Positions 45,340 to 59,706 are shown, numbered from the stretch's first letter. The stretch: DNA of 64,000 nt from Eledone cirrhosa (GCA_964016885.1 OZ024743.1:91946001-92010000), one strand, 5' to 3'. Numbers and translations: made by a program. The notes: generated from the sequence alone by a model not told the origin.

Positions 45340-45472
<133 letters not shown>

Positions 45473-46311
45473 TTATATATACATATACATATATATTTAT
45501 ATATAAATACACACACACACACACATGTGAATGTGTGTGTGTGTGAATGTATTAGCTAGGCAATGAACGATGGTTGTAGTCATTGGGAACGTAGTTTCGT
45601 ATTCAGATGTTCGTAGATAAAGTGAATTATCTCTCTCTATATATACTTATATACATGTTAGTATTGTTGAATATATTAAGCAGACGACACAAACAAATTA
45701 ACTCGATATACAATGAATGTATATAGATACATACATGTTTGTCTTGTTGGGTATCTTTGGCAGACGACGGAAATAAATTAACTCGGTGTATATACATATA
45801 TACATATATACACATACATACATGCATACATACATACATATATACACACATACATACATACATGTATACATACATATATGCACACATACATATATGTACA
45901 CATACATACATACATAAACACATACATCCATCCATATATACAAACCTATATATATATATATATATGTACATTCATACATACATTCATGCATATACTCATA
46001 CATACATGGAAGACGGCGGACATAAATTAGCATTATATGAATTAATAAATAGATTGAAATAAAAACTGAAATATATACAGTAAAAAAAATGGCAGTAAAA
46101 TAATGAGAATGATAATGGCGGCTTCTTTCAATCGCTGTGTTGGCTGTATGTGTAGAAAGCTACATGTAGCTTAGTGGTTAGGGTGTTGAGCTTGCAGTCG
46201 TAAGATTGTGTGTTCGATTTCCTAGTGGGAGGGAGGAATGAGGAAGGAAAATGGAATGAATGAATGAATGAAAGAGTAAACAAAATAAACAGATATATTT
46301 ATTGAAGCTCA

Positions 46312-46692
46312 TCCATGAGCTTGGCTGATCTCACTTGGGGATCCAGCCAGATCAGTTGGAGACGGTTGCTTCTGACAGGAGCTGCTGGAAGGAGTGTTTG
46401 AGGACTATGTCCCCCACGACTCTCTCAAGAAGAAGAAGAAGAAGAAGAAGAAGAAGAAGAAGAAGAAGAAGAAGAAGAAGAAGAAGAAGAAGAAGAAGAA
46501 GAAGAAGAAGAAGAAGAAGAAGAAGAAGGAAAAGAAAAAGAAAAAGAAGAAGAAGAAGAAGAAGAAGAAGAAGAAGAAGAAGAAGAAGAAGAAGAAGAAG
46601 AAGAAGAAGAAGAAGAAGAAGAAGAAGAAGAAGAAGAAGAAGAAGAAGAAAAAAGAAAAAGAAAAAGAAGAAGAAGAAGAAGAAGAAGAAGA
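46312..46692 (+). mobile_element. RTE-clade LINE 3' end with long (GAA)n tail
   Basis: GIQPDQLETVASDRSCW...; homologous to 13295-13420. Confidence 0.85.
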
Positions 46693-47055
46693 ATGGGGGG
46701 GGGGTGAATGATGGAATGGCAGATTGGAGGAAATGATAGAGTAAACAAAATAGAGACATGGATTGTATAGAAAGCGGAGTGGAGGAATAGTAGATTGAAA
46801 GAATAAATGAAATAGAGAGAAAGAGAGATAGAATGGCGGAATGGAGGGGAGAATGAAGATATATGAAAGAATGAAGGAATGAAAGGATGACAGAATGAAT
46901 AATAAGTAGATTGAAGAAGAGATGAAGAAAGAGAAACATAATTATCAGAAAATATAATAGAAGGTGTGAAGGAAATAGGGAAAGAAAGGGGAAACGAAAA
47001 AGTGAACATGGAAATGGATAGGTAGGCAGACAGACAGACAGACAGACAGACAGGC

Positions 47056-47141
<86 letters not shown>

Positions 47142-47794
47142 GGATAAGGAATGAAAGAAAGAAAGAAAGAAAGAAGAGAAAGAAGGCAAAAAAAGGTGAA
47201 AAGAGGAACAGGAAGTTAAAGGGAAGGTGAAGTCAGTCTAACATTTCTATAAAGATTTCTGTTCCTTGTGGCGGGGATGTAGGTTAAGTTGACGAATGCG
47301 AAGGGGAGTAGTTATGTGAGGGTATGTTTGGAGTAGGGGTGGGGTGTCGCTTCTGCCTCAAATTATTTATTATTCATAGAAATATGCAAGATGGCAGACG
47401 TAAATTATTTTGTGTATGTTGTGGGGGTGAGGGTTATTATTGTTGCTGTTGTTGTTGTTGTTGGCGGTGGTGGTGTTAGTGGTGGTGGTTGTAGTAGTGG
47501 AGAGGGAGTAAAGGTTGTGGTTCTTTATATTTTTCTTTAGGTTTGAAACACATTTTACTTTCAAAATAATCAAGAATTTACCGGGATTTAGTAATATAAC
47601 TAACTTTCTCAGTATTTATCTGGTGATTGGAACATAACTTAAAGGTTCTTACATAAAAGCATGATGGAAGGTTTTCTAGATAAATATAAACATTTTAATC
47701 TTTCCGTAACCATATTTCTGATGATGATGGTTATAGTATTAGTATTCCACTAATACTATAACCATCATCTGTGGCAGTGATACTACAATATAAT

Positions 47795-47982
47795 AATTGT
47801 TTCTACTTTTGGCACAAGGCCAGCAATTAGCCAGTACATTACTGGTACTTTATTTTATCGACCCCGTAAGGATGAAAGGCAAAGTGAACCTCGGCGGGAT
47901 TTGAACTCAGACCGTAAAGGGACGTAACTATGCTGGAAAGCATGGCGTCCAACTCTCTACCGATACTGCCAATCCACCGCCC
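47795..47982 (-). mobile_element. SINE family 1
   Basis: Homologous to 193-374; TSD TACAATATAATAAT. Confidence 0.92.
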
Positions 47983-48002
47983 TATATTACAATATAATAA
48001 TA

Positions 48003-48630
48003 CAGAAAGTCCCCGCCATACGAACATCCTACTTACGAACTTCCGCAGATACGAACAGTCTTACGAAGAAAACAAATCTCGTTGTTTTGTTGTTTTCTTC
48101 CTGGTTTGTTTTTGTGGGCTCTTTCGGACCCTCGGTTCCTTCTTTTGCAGCATATCGTACCTACGGTAAGGGATACCATTCTGCTTTCACAGAATTGAAA
48201 GAGTACTTTTTTTTCTGTAACAATTTAATATCATTAGCTTTACAGTATTTAAATTCATTATTACATGTTATATATACCTCTCTATACTGTATGCATAACA
48301 CTATATTACATGTTATATATACCTCTCTATACTGTATGCATAACACTATATTACATGTTATATATACCTCTATATACTGTGTATATATATATATATATAT
48401 ATATTTGTTCGTAAGTTGATCGTCTAACACAGTACGTACCAGATTACTGGTACGTACTGTGTTAGACGATCAACTTATATATATATATATCACTCATATG
48501 GAAACCTGCAGTATCAATGTAACATCTATGGATTACTGGTACGTACTGTGTTAGACGATCAACTTACGAACAAATCAACTAACGAACGGCCTCTTGGAAC
48601 GTAATTCGTTCGTAAGTTGGGGACTTACTG
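48003..48630. mobile_element. Tc1/mariner-pogo (Tigger-like) MITE
   Basis: TA|CAGAAAGTCCCC...TACGAAC ... GTTCGTAAGTTGGGGACTTACTG|TA: terminal inverted repeats with TA TSD. Confidence 0.85.
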
Positions 48631-48837
48631 TAAATGTTTGAAATAGTCTTGACAATCCCGAACACCATAGTACTGAATTTATAATATTAGCAATTGAAAA
48701 TACCCACAGATTGAAAAACTGGAAATCAAAAGCCCGGTAATACCGTTTGTCGGGGTTGAATCTGTGTACGATTAAATCTGACGGCTGATGACCACAGAGT
48801 TTTGTACCTGTTGACAATATTACAATATTACAATTAA

Positions 48838-49022
48838 GAGCGGTGAATTGGCAGTTTCGGTAGAGGGTCGGATGCCATGCTTTCCAGCATAGTTACGTCC
48901 CTTTACGGTCTGTGTTCAAATCCCGTCGAGGTCAACTTTGCCTTTCATCCTTACGGGGTCGATAAAATAAAGTACCAGTAATGTACTGGGTAATTGCTGG
49001 CCTTGTGCTAAAAGTAGAAACA
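48838..49022 (+). mobile_element. SINE family 1
   Basis: Homologous to 14398-14588; flanked by ACAATATTACAAT repeats. Confidence 0.9.
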
Positions 49023-49661
49023 ATATTACAATATTATCTATGACGCACGCGGCTCTCCCTATCATGACAACATCTTCTCTTCTATCACGTGACTATTATC
49101 TCGTTCTTTTGTTTCGGAGTCTTCCGTATAATCTAGTTGTGGTGCAATAATTCCAGCCAATATTTTCCATCTCTGTACGTCACTATCTATATATATTTTC
49201 GTCTCTCGGTCTAACTGGCCCTCTTCGTCACACATTGTACGATTTAAATGTCATACATTTAATTCTATATACATAACTTATGTTTTTGTTTTGTTAATAC
49301 TCGCCTTAATACTCCAGTGACACAGTTTGACTACTTTCTTACTTTCTCAGATACTGTGGCCCCTGATGGGCCAGAAGAAGCATTGATAGTGGTCGTAACT
49401 CTATATATGTACAAAATACAAGTTGTTTCTCAATTGATATATCCTGTTATATATCGTGTATATCTATATTATATATGCTCTAAATAGACGTTCATTGAGC
49501 TTTGTGTTGAGAAACGACATATATTATATTTGTATTGATTAAACCTAAAATTAGCTTATGTATATATATATACACATAAGCTAATTTTAGGTTTAATCAA
49601 TACATACATACATGTATACATACATACATGTATACATACATATATGCACACATACATACAT

Positions 49662-49696
<35 letters not shown>

Positions 49697-49702
<6 letters not shown>

Positions 49703-50252
49703 TGAAAAAGAACAAAGGAACTATTATGACATTATAACAAGTTTATTGCCGACAGCCGTTTCGTCCGACTTTATGGTGGGACTTTTCAAGGCATATAACA
49801 TGTGATTGTAAGATCATTATTTACATCAACGTATCACTCAATTGAAATTGTGGTATACATCAGCAGCTCCGCTTGTATAGTTGGGGTCTATATTCTAAGG
49901 GGGCTCTTTTATATTAGTTGCCGACAACTAATATAAAAGAGCCCCCTTAGAATATAGACCCAACTATACAAGCGGAGCTGCTGATGTATACCACAATTTC
50001 AATTGAGTGATACGTTGATGTAAATAATGATCTTACAATCACATGTTATATGCCTTGAAAAGTCCCACCATAAAGTCGGACGAAACGGCTGTCGGCAATA
50101 AACTTGTTATAATGTCATAATAGTTCCTTTGTTCTTTTTCACTAATATTTCTGCTCTGCTTATACGCATAGAGCTTAACTAGCTACCGTCACATATTTGG
50201 TAGGTCAGACGTGATCATCGCGATTCACATACGACCTACCATACATCTTGCT
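49697..50252 (+). mobile_element. Fold-back PLE terminus: about 450-bp near-perfect palindrome plus 3' tail
   Basis: Arms 49697-49920 and 49925-50148, loop CCGA, unpaired tail to about 50252; (TA)n flanks. Confidence 0.9.
50051..50097 (+). ncRNA. Type I hammerhead ribozyme with U3-A8 core; mirror copy 49747-49793 (-)
   Basis: TGCC TTGAAAA GTCC caccataaagtc GGAC GAA ACGGCTGT C^GGCA. Confidence 0.85.
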
Positions 50253-50390
50253 TATATATACATATATACATACATACATACATACATACATACATACATA
50301 CATACAATCATACATACATGGTAGACGGCGGACATAAATTAGCATTTTATATATATATATACAGTATATATATATATGTTTGTATGTATG

Positions 50391-50515
<125 letters not shown>

Positions 50516-50566
50516 GTGTGTGTGTGTATGTGTTTGTATGTATATATATATGTGTGTGTGTGTGTG

Positions 50567-50611
<45 letters not shown>

Positions 50612-50628
50612 ATTATTGCCACAACAGA

Positions 50629-50713
50629 AGTCCGACGAGCTTTTGATTCCAGAGTCGGGCCAGATTGATACAGATTGAACCTTGAGCTGATCAGTAGCGA
50701 AACGCGCGTAACT
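50629..50713 (+). ncRNA. Hammerhead ribozyme family E (U4C core mutation)
   Basis: AGT CCGACGA GCT...long stem II...AGC GAA ACGCGCGT A^ACT; the paralogue at about 10520 has intact CTGATGA. Confidence 0.7.
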
Positions 50714-50757
50714 ACTCAATTAGTAAAGAAGACCTAACAAATCGTCCTTTTTATTAT

Positions 50758-50810
<53 letters not shown>

Positions 50811-50813
<3 letters not shown>

Positions 50814-51145
50814 CGAAGGAATTGTGGTAAGGAACCAGATGGATCATAACGCACCAGAGTACTCAATACTTAGGGAGTACTCAATACCTAGGGTAATAGG
50901 AAAAAGTATGACCCCGACGACAGAGCTCAAGCCGTTTCGACGGCTATTTCTGGACTAAATTAGAATTTTTAGCCTAGTGAATAAATAGCCGAACTTGTCA
51001 AGGGGGTACTTCCTTGACAACTACAACCTTCCCATATAAGGAAGTACCCCTTGACAAGTTTGGCTATTTATTCACCAGGCTAAAAATTCTAATTTAGTCC
51101 AAACGTCGAAACGGCTTGAGCTCTGCCGTCGGGGTCATACTTTAT

Positions 51146-51150
<5 letters not shown>
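50811..51150. mobile_element. Fold-back PLE terminus family B with U3-A8 ribozymes on both strands
   Basis: Minus 50911-51008: ACCCCC TTGACAA GTTCGGCTATTT...AAATAGCCGTC GAAACGGC...GTC^GGGGT; plus 51045-51135 similar with damaged stem II. Confidence 0.88.
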
Positions 51151-51178
<28 letters not shown>

Positions 51179-51523
51179 CATACAAATGCTTCATCGTACA
51201 CATCCAAACTGGTTAAAGCCGATATGTGGAAAGTACTCAATAGGAAGTTAAAAGTTAATTTCAGTACCACAAAAATATCTATGTGAAGGAAGTTGAACCA
51301 AAGGATGATTTCCTATATATCATACATACCATAAGTCCTTAAACCCTGATGGAGTCAAAGAAGCGTTGTCGTTACACACGGCGTGTCTTAGGCATTTTAA
51401 ACACGGTGGAGGCCCATTCCTCCTCAGGATGGTGCACACCCAATTTTTCCAGGAAAATAGAGAGAGAATACAGAAAGATAGTATAGAGCAAGAATCGACC
51501 CTAGTATTCAGATACCCCCCCCC

Positions 51524-51586
<63 letters not shown>

Positions 51587-51595
51587 GTGACATAA

Positions 51596-51645
51596 ACAGG
51601 TACTCAAGTTTCGTTGGGTTCTGGACCCCAATTCATTCAGCCTGT
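51596..51645 (-). ncRNA. Type I hammerhead ribozyme (1-nt core insertion)
   Basis: Minus: ACAGG CTGAATGA aTTGGG gtccagaa CCCAAc GAA ACTTGAGT A^CCTGT. Confidence 0.7.
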
Positions 51646-51706
51646 CATGAGAAAAATAATTATTTATACTCTTACTCTTGGATATTTCCACTTAAATTTT
51701 ACTTCA

Positions 51707-51868
<162 letters not shown>

Positions 51869-51961
51869 GAGTTAAACAAGATTCAATGAGTACATCAAAG
51901 AATGAGTTTTACAGTAGATTGAAAGCACTCTACAGTGAGATATTTTCCAGAGTTATTAATA

Positions 51962-52142
51962 TGGTGGATTGGCAGTATCGGTAGAGGGTCGGACGCCATG
52001 CTTTCCAGCATAGTTACGTCCCTTTACGATCTGAGTTCAAATCCCGCCGAGGTTCACTTTGCCTTTCATCCTTACGGGGTCGATAAAATAAAGTACCAGT
52101 AATGTACTGCGTAACTGCTGGCCTTGTGCCTAAAGTAGAAAC
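51962..52142 (+). mobile_element. SINE family 1
   Basis: TSD AGTTATTAATAT. Confidence 0.92.
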
Positions 52143-52238
52143 AGTTATTAATATTAAATTCAAATATTAAGAAATAGATGTTCTTGTGATCAATTAAATT
52201 TTATTATACATATTTCAGGGTATGTCATGTATCATTTT

Positions 52239-52304
52239 ATTTTATCTGATGAGGACGTACTATTGAACTTGATTCAAGTACCTCTGAAATATGTATAATA
52301 AAAT
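52239..52304 (+). ncRNA. Type I hammerhead ribozyme within fold-back 52174-52330
   Basis: ATTTTAT CTGATGA GGAcGTAC...GTACcTCT GAA ATATGTAT A^ATAAAAT. Confidence 0.8.
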
Positions 52305-52347
52305 TTAATTGATCACAAGAACATCTATTTTATTATATTTGAATGTA

Positions 52348-52396
<49 letters not shown>

Positions 52397-52536
52397 TAGA
52401 AGTGGTATGTTTGTGCTTGAGTGTGTATGTGTGTATGTGTGTATGTGTTTGTGTACGCGTATGTGTCTGTGTCTGCATATATGTATGATATATATATATA
52501 TATATTTGTGTGTGTGAGTATGCGTATGTATGTGTC

Positions 52537-52607
<71 letters not shown>

Positions 52608-52613
<6 letters not shown>

Positions 52614-53100
52614 CATTATAAAGAAAGAAGAAACATTAGACATAAATAAAATATATATATACCCAATATTCTGCGACATCCTCGACTGCGCAGTTTCGTG
52701 GCTACTCTGCAAAAACATTACATCACAGAGATGCAGTATTTTTGTGAGGTTTGCCAATTTATCAAGAGAATACCTCATTTAAAGTTTCAAAACACGTCCG
52801 CAAGGCGTGAGAGAGAATCCCGGAAAGGCGGAGGGGGAACTTATCATGTGATACAGCGGTCAAGAAACAGAGTTAAGCCTCTTACAACCAAGAGAAAAAT
52901 ACCACAAATGGTGGAGGGGGTATTAATATCTAGGCTACAGACGAGATGTTTTTGCATAGTAGCAACGAAACTGCGCAGTCGAGGATGTCGAAGAATATTG
53001 GGTATATATATTTTTTGTTTATGTCTAATGTTTCTTCTTTCTTTATAATGTATTATATAGCTCTGATATTGAGTCAATCTAATTCATTCAGATTATTTTG
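52608..53100 (+). mobile_element. Fold-back PLE terminus with degenerate HHRs
   Basis: Arms about 52608-52718 and 52945-53057; CAGACGA...GAA ACTGCGCAGT C^GAG at 52938-52983. Confidence 0.75.
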
Positions 53101-53285
53101 TCCGTATTAATCATAGAGCAACAACAGTTAAGGTTGGCACCACACAAACTCAGGGATATATGTGTGTATATGCATGTATATGTATGTATTCGCATGTATC
53201 TGTGTATTTCTAATACTTGTCGAGTGCTTTATATCAGTTATAAAAATATTTACTTGTTGTATCCCAACAATTTAAATAGAACTCT

Positions 53286-53334
<49 letters not shown>

Positions 53335-53342
53335 ATGTGTGT

Positions 53343-53384
<42 letters not shown>

Positions 53385-53581
53385 GAACGGAACGAACTAA
53401 CTGCGAGGGAAGAGCTGGGTGGAATAAGCATGTTTTATATATGGAGTTAGATTGTCTTACAAAAGCTGTTTAAAATCTCCAATGGTCGACAAGGAAAACA
53501 ATCTCTCCCTCTCATTATTCCACTTTTATTCTCTACCCCACCCTCTCTCTCTCTCTCTATCTCTATCTCTCTATATCTCTC

Positions 53582-53613
<32 letters not shown>

Positions 53614-53671
53614 CTCCCTGTATATGTACGTGTCCATATATTTATATATATGTATGTATATATATATATGA

Positions 53672-53747
<76 letters not shown>

Positions 53748-53846
53748 CATAGAGTGTGTGCGTGTGTGTGTGTGTGTGTATACACGTATACCTAAATGGA
53801 GAGGGAGAGGGAGATCATGTTTACATATATATGTATACGTGATATA

Positions 53847-54137
<291 letters not shown>

Positions 54138-55165
54138 TTCGACGTTTATATATATTTAAACGTCGAAGCAGAGACATCTCGTTCTCTCGATTAATGGAAT
54201 TACCTTGGAATTAGTGTTGGGAATACGGTGCCATAATTACCTTGTGTGTAATAGTGGTGGTGGTGGTGGTGGTGGTGTGGTTAGTGTTGTTGGTGGTGGG
54301 GGGGGGCTGATGCTGCTGCTAGTAGAGGTGGTGGTGGTGGTGGTGGGTGCTGCTGCTGATGCTGCTGGTAGAGGTGGTGGTGGTGGTGGTGGTTGTGGTG
54401 GTGGTGGTGGTAGTAGTGGAGTTGCTGCTGTTGTTACTGGTGATGATGATGATGGCTGTGGTGTTGTTGGTGGTAGTGGTGGTGGTGGTAGTGGTGGTGG
54501 TAGCAGTGATGGTGGTAGTGTTGGTGGTAGTGATGGTGGTAGTAGTGGTGGTGGTAGTAGTGGTGGTGGTGGCAGTGGTGGTGGTAGTGTTGGTGGTAGT
54601 GGTGGTGGTAGTAGTGGTGGTGGTGGCAGTGGTGGTGGTAGTGGTGGTAGTAGTGGTGGTGGAGTTGCTGCTACTGCTGGTGATGGTGGTGGTTGAGGTG
54701 GTAGAACTGGTTATGTTCTAGAAACGGTGAAGTTCAGCAATAGGTGATGGTGTTGAAGTGTTCCAGTGATGTGTTGGTGGTAGTGGTTTGGGTGACGGTT
54801 GTGGTATGTATGTATGTGTATGTGTATGTGTATATGTATGTGTATGTGTATATATAAGACTTTGTCTATGTGTAAGCGTGTGCGTGTATGTTGCATGCGG
54901 TTCATTCTTTGTATGTGCATGTCTGTGTATGTGGTTTTGTTTATGTATGTGAGTATGTTTGTGCTTGAGTGTGTATGTGTGTATGTGTGTATGTGTGTAT
55001 GTGTTTGTGTACGCGTATGTATGTGTATGTGGTTCTGTTTATGTGTGTGTGTATGTTTGTGCTTGAGCGTGTATGTGTGTATGTGTTTGTGTACGCGTAT
55101 GTATGTGTCTGTGTCTGCATATATGTATGATATATATATATAATTTGTGTGTGTGAGTATGTGTC

Positions 55166-55197
<32 letters not shown>

Positions 55198-55199
<2 letters not shown>

Positions 55200-55409
55200 A
55201 CAAAGGAAGTGTGGTAAGGAACCAGATGGACCATAACGCACCAGAGTACTCAATACTTAGGGTAGTAGAGCAGGAAATAGGAAAAGTATGACCCCGACGG
55301 CAGAGCTCAAGCCGTTTCGACGGCTATTTCTGGACAATAGCCAGAAATAGTCCAGAAATAGCCGTCGAAACGGCTTGAGCTCTGCCGTCGGGTCATACTT
55401 TTTCCTATA
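55198..55409 (-). mobile_element. Fold-back PLE terminus family B (core lost)
   Basis: Same arms and tail as 31533-31730. Confidence 0.88.
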
Positions 55410-55673
55410 TATATATATATATACATATATGCTTGTGTGTAGTAACAGAGGTAAACAGAGTTAAATGATTCGCTAACATTTTTCTCATAATGAAAGAAAT
55501 TTAGTTCAACAATAATAAAAGATGACACATCTCCCAATCGATCTCTCTCTCTCCACCCTTCTGTCTCTCTCTATGTCTTTCTCTCCTGATCTTTCTCTCT
55601 CTCTCTTCCTCTCTCTCCAACTATCTCTCTTCCTCTCCCTGTCTTTCACTCCTGATCATTCCCTCTGTCCTCT

Positions 55674-55715
<42 letters not shown>

Positions 55716-55843
55716 GCACTTTTATATCTTGCTCTCCTCATTCTCTCAAACTCTTCTTTACCTTATTCAGTATATATGCTCTCTCGCTCTCTCTCACTCT
55801 CTCTCTCTCTCTCTTTCACTCTCTCTCTCTCATTCTCTCTCTC

Positions 55844-55928
<85 letters not shown>

Positions 55929-56373
55929 TTGTATGTGTGTGTGTGTGAACCTTTGTCTTTTGATTCAACTAATCACTCATGTGATCGCCATTTTAAAGAC
56001 TTCATATAGAACTCTTTGTGCAAATGAAGTCCGGAAAATAGGTTGGCACGAACACGTCGCACTACCGTTTGCATTAGAAATTATTATTGCCGAGGTTTCA
56101 CTTTAAACAAAGCCGTCACAAAGAGTTCACTGTGCAAAAGCTAAAATCACTGGCAAAACAACAATCACAACAACAACAACAACAGCAGCAGCAGCAGCAA
56201 CAATGGCTGCAACAATTGCAACAGCAGTAGCAACAGCTACAACAACAACAACGACAACAGCAACAGCAACAACAACAGTTATATCAATGAAACTACAGCA
56301 ACAGTAAGAGCCAAAACAACAACAACAGCTACAGCAACAACAGTAACAGCAACAACAACAGTAGCAGCAGCAA

Positions 56374-57217
56374 TAATTGTTTCTACTTTTGGCTCAAGGC
56401 CAGCAATTATCCAGTGCATTACTGGTACTTTATTTTATCGACCCCGTAAGGCTGAAAGGCAAAGTTAACCTCGTCGGGATTTGAACTCAGAATGGCAAGG
56501 ACCGTAACCCTATGCGTCCAAGCATGGCGTCCGACCCTCTACCGATACTGCCAATCCATAATAATGGTTTCTGATTTAGACACAAAGTCAACAATTTTGG
56601 GAGAGGGGAAACTCGATTAAATCGACCTCAGTACGATACTGGTACTTTATTTTATCGAACCCCGTAAGGATGAAAGTCAAAGCTAACCTCAATGGGATTT
56701 GAACTCAGAACGTGAACGGCCGTACCGCTGTGCTGCCAATCCACCGCCAACGTCATAATACTAACAATGGTTTCTGATTTAGGCACAAGGCCAACAAATT
56801 TTTGGAGAGGAGAAAGTCGATTAAATCGATCCCAGTACATTACTGGTACTTTATTTTAACGACCCCGTCAGGTTGAAAAGTAAAGCTAACCTCGGCGGGA
56901 TTGAACTCAACTCGTGAAGGGCTGTAACTATAAACTGCAAAGCATGTTGTCCGGCGCTCTGCCGATATTGCCAATCCACCGCCCTTAACAACAGCAATAA
57001 TAACGGTTTCTTATATAGGCACAAGGCCAGCAATTTAGGGGAAGGGGAAGTCGATTAAATCGACCCCTGTGCATTACTGGTACTTTATTTTATCGACCCC
57101 GTAAAGATGAAAAGCAAATTTAACCTCGGCGGGATTTGAACTCAGATCGTAAAGGGACGTAACTATGCTGGAAAGCATGGCGCCCGACCCTCTACCGATA
57201 CTGCCAATCCACCGCCA
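56374..57217 (-). mobile_element. Cluster of five head-to-tail SINE family 1 copies or fragments
   Basis: Units begin at about 56374, 56562, 56766 and 57002, each ending GCCAATCCA(CCGCC); number of copies counted by eye (four clear, fifth uncertain). Confidence 0.8.
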
Positions 57218-57268
57218 ATCCAATAATGATCATGATAATGATGTTGATGATGATGATGATGTCGATGG

Positions 57269-57327
<59 letters not shown>

Positions 57328-57585
57328 TCGGTGGTGATGATGATGATGATGTCGATGGTGATGATGATGATGATGATGATGATGATGGTGATGGTGATGG
57401 TGATGATGGTGATGATGATGGTGGTGGTGATTATAAAGATCATGATTACGATGGAGGTGATGATGGTGGTGGTGGTGGTGACAATGGCTATGGCGGCGAC
57501 AACGATGATGTCGATGATGATGATGATAATGATGATGTCGATGATAATGATGATGATGATTATGATGATAATGATGATGATGATT

Positions 57586-57628
<43 letters not shown>

Positions 57629-58083
57629 CGTGATATTTCTTTCATGTCTTCTCAAAGTTACCGATATTTGCTTTCATATAAAAACAAGTTGAATGGAATA
57701 AAAATCAGAAAGGAGGTGATGGAGGGGGGGGAGACAGTGGGGGTGAAGGGGTGGAGGGGGAAGAGAGTGGAGGGGGTGACAGTGGAGGGGGGGTGGGGGG
57801 GAGATGACTGAATTTACTCTTTGTTTGTCTACTTCTTTGATGTAACTCCATCTGTTTTCGTTGTTGCTGTTGTTTTTGTTGTTTTTTGGCTGTTGTTGCT
57901 TTTGTTCTTGCTGTTGTTGTTTTAAGTAGTCAAAGTCCCTTATTATCACAGCTCACTAACCGATTCTATAATTCTAAGATTCAGTAGTTCCGTTATTCCA
58001 GGATATTTTGATTCGTTAATAACTATTCCGAATCATGGTTACGTAAATAAAAGAAGAATAGAGAAAATTATATATTATATATA

Positions 58084-58194
<111 letters not shown>

Positions 58195-58417
58195 AACAGT
58201 TTCTGTGACAGTGTTGATGCTAAATCATCAAAGATGCCGCGACAGTATTGTTCTGGTAAAAAAAAAAAAACCCAGAAAAGCATCAGATTAAAAAAAGAAA
58301 AACGACTTCGGGAATGCATAAATATATATATAATATAAAGTGATAGCTACGTTTCTTCACTCTACAGTACCCTACACCACATCATCTACTAAACATACAT
58401 ATAGACATACTTTTCCA

Positions 58418-58836
58418 CAAGGCCGGCGCCTGTGTATTTAGTGCCCAAGGCAGGCTTTGCTTCGCGCTCTACAACTCATTCTCCCAGTTATTTTCCCATT
58501 TTCACAAATAAAATAATTTCAACTTATTGAATAATAATCTAGTTTTTAATACTTCTTGTTCTGACCAAAGAAAATTTCTGAGGCTGCATTATTCACAACA
58601 CAGTCCACGCATAAAACTATGCGCCTCATTCAATTGTTTTAGATATTTCTACAACTTCTGTGAGTGGCAAAGATGTTTAGCGATTTATATATTGATCTGG
58701 GGAAATTATCATACAGTTAAATTAATTATGATAATTTGTATAAAACTGTGATCCTTTAAGATTCAGTAATACACCTCTTTGAGGCCTGCACCATAGGCGG
58801 CTGCCTAGCTGACCTTAATGATAGCGCTAGCTTCTA
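58418..58836. mobile_element. hAT-like MITE, degenerate
   Basis: CAAGGCCGGCGC ... GCGCTAGCTTCTA degenerate TIRs; subterminal GCCCAAGGCAG / GGCGGCTGCCTAG. Confidence 0.45.
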
Positions 58837-59070
58837 CTTCTAAAGCAAATTCTGGAGATTTTTTACTTTCTTGCAATTAATTCCTCTAAAATATTTATTA
58901 TTGGGTCGGGTTCACAATAGAGTGACGTAAAACAAGCCTGCTCCACCAACCATCTCGCCATTATTGCAGTTTCCACTAAGACAGTATTAGCCATTCCATT
59001 CCTTAAAATAAAATGAACCAACATTGAAGAACTCAGCTTCGTCTGCTGACATTCTTTGAAAGTATAAATT

Positions 59071-59257
59071 AATTGTTTCTACTTTAGGCACAAGGCCAGC
59101 AATTACCCAGTGCATTACTGGTACTTTATTTTATCGACCCCGTAAGGATGAAAGGCAAAGTCAACCACGGCGGGATTTGAACTCAGATCGTAAAGGGACG
59201 TAACTATGCTGGAAAGCATGGCGTCCGACCCTCTACCGATACTGCCAATCCACCACC
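59071..59257 (-). mobile_element. SINE family 1
   Basis: 20-bp TSD CTTTGAAAGTATAAATTAAT. Confidence 0.93.
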
Positions 59258-59561
59258 CTTTGAAAGTATAAATTAATATTCACCTGTTAGTCAACGGAGA
59301 ATATCAACTGTTCTACATATATATAAATGCGTGTGTGCGTGCGTGCGTGCGTGCGCGTGTGTGTGTGTATATATATATGTATATATATATATATATATAC
59401 GAAAATATAGATTAAATTTTTGTTGTATAAATCAAATCAATTATGTATAATTCAATCAGAGCATGTAGACGGTTCGGTCCACATCTTCCAGCCTAGGTTA
59501 TCTTGTTTTTCCTGGTACCATATTTATACTTAAATATATATATATAACAAACTTAAAATAG

Positions 59562-59706
59562 AAATAGCTTCTATAGGACTAGGAACTGTTTCATTCGAAG
59601 GGGCCTTCCTGATGAAGCCATTTCTATATTAAATTTGATGTTTACACTCTACTAATGTATTCAGTACCTTACTTACTGTGGTTAGCCCCGATTGAACCCT
59701 GGACTC
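59562..59706 (+). mobile_element. Diverged family A PLE terminus
   Basis: GCTTCTATAGGACTAGGAACTGTTTCATTC, CTTCCTGATGA, tail GTACCTTACTTACTGTGGTTA. Confidence 0.65.

Noticed and set aside
47260-47710. Possible degenerate Penelope ORF on the minus strand (LTYIP-like word)
   Set aside because: Too decayed to support
48785-48815. CTGATGA as a further hammerhead
   Set aside because: No stem II or GAAA follows
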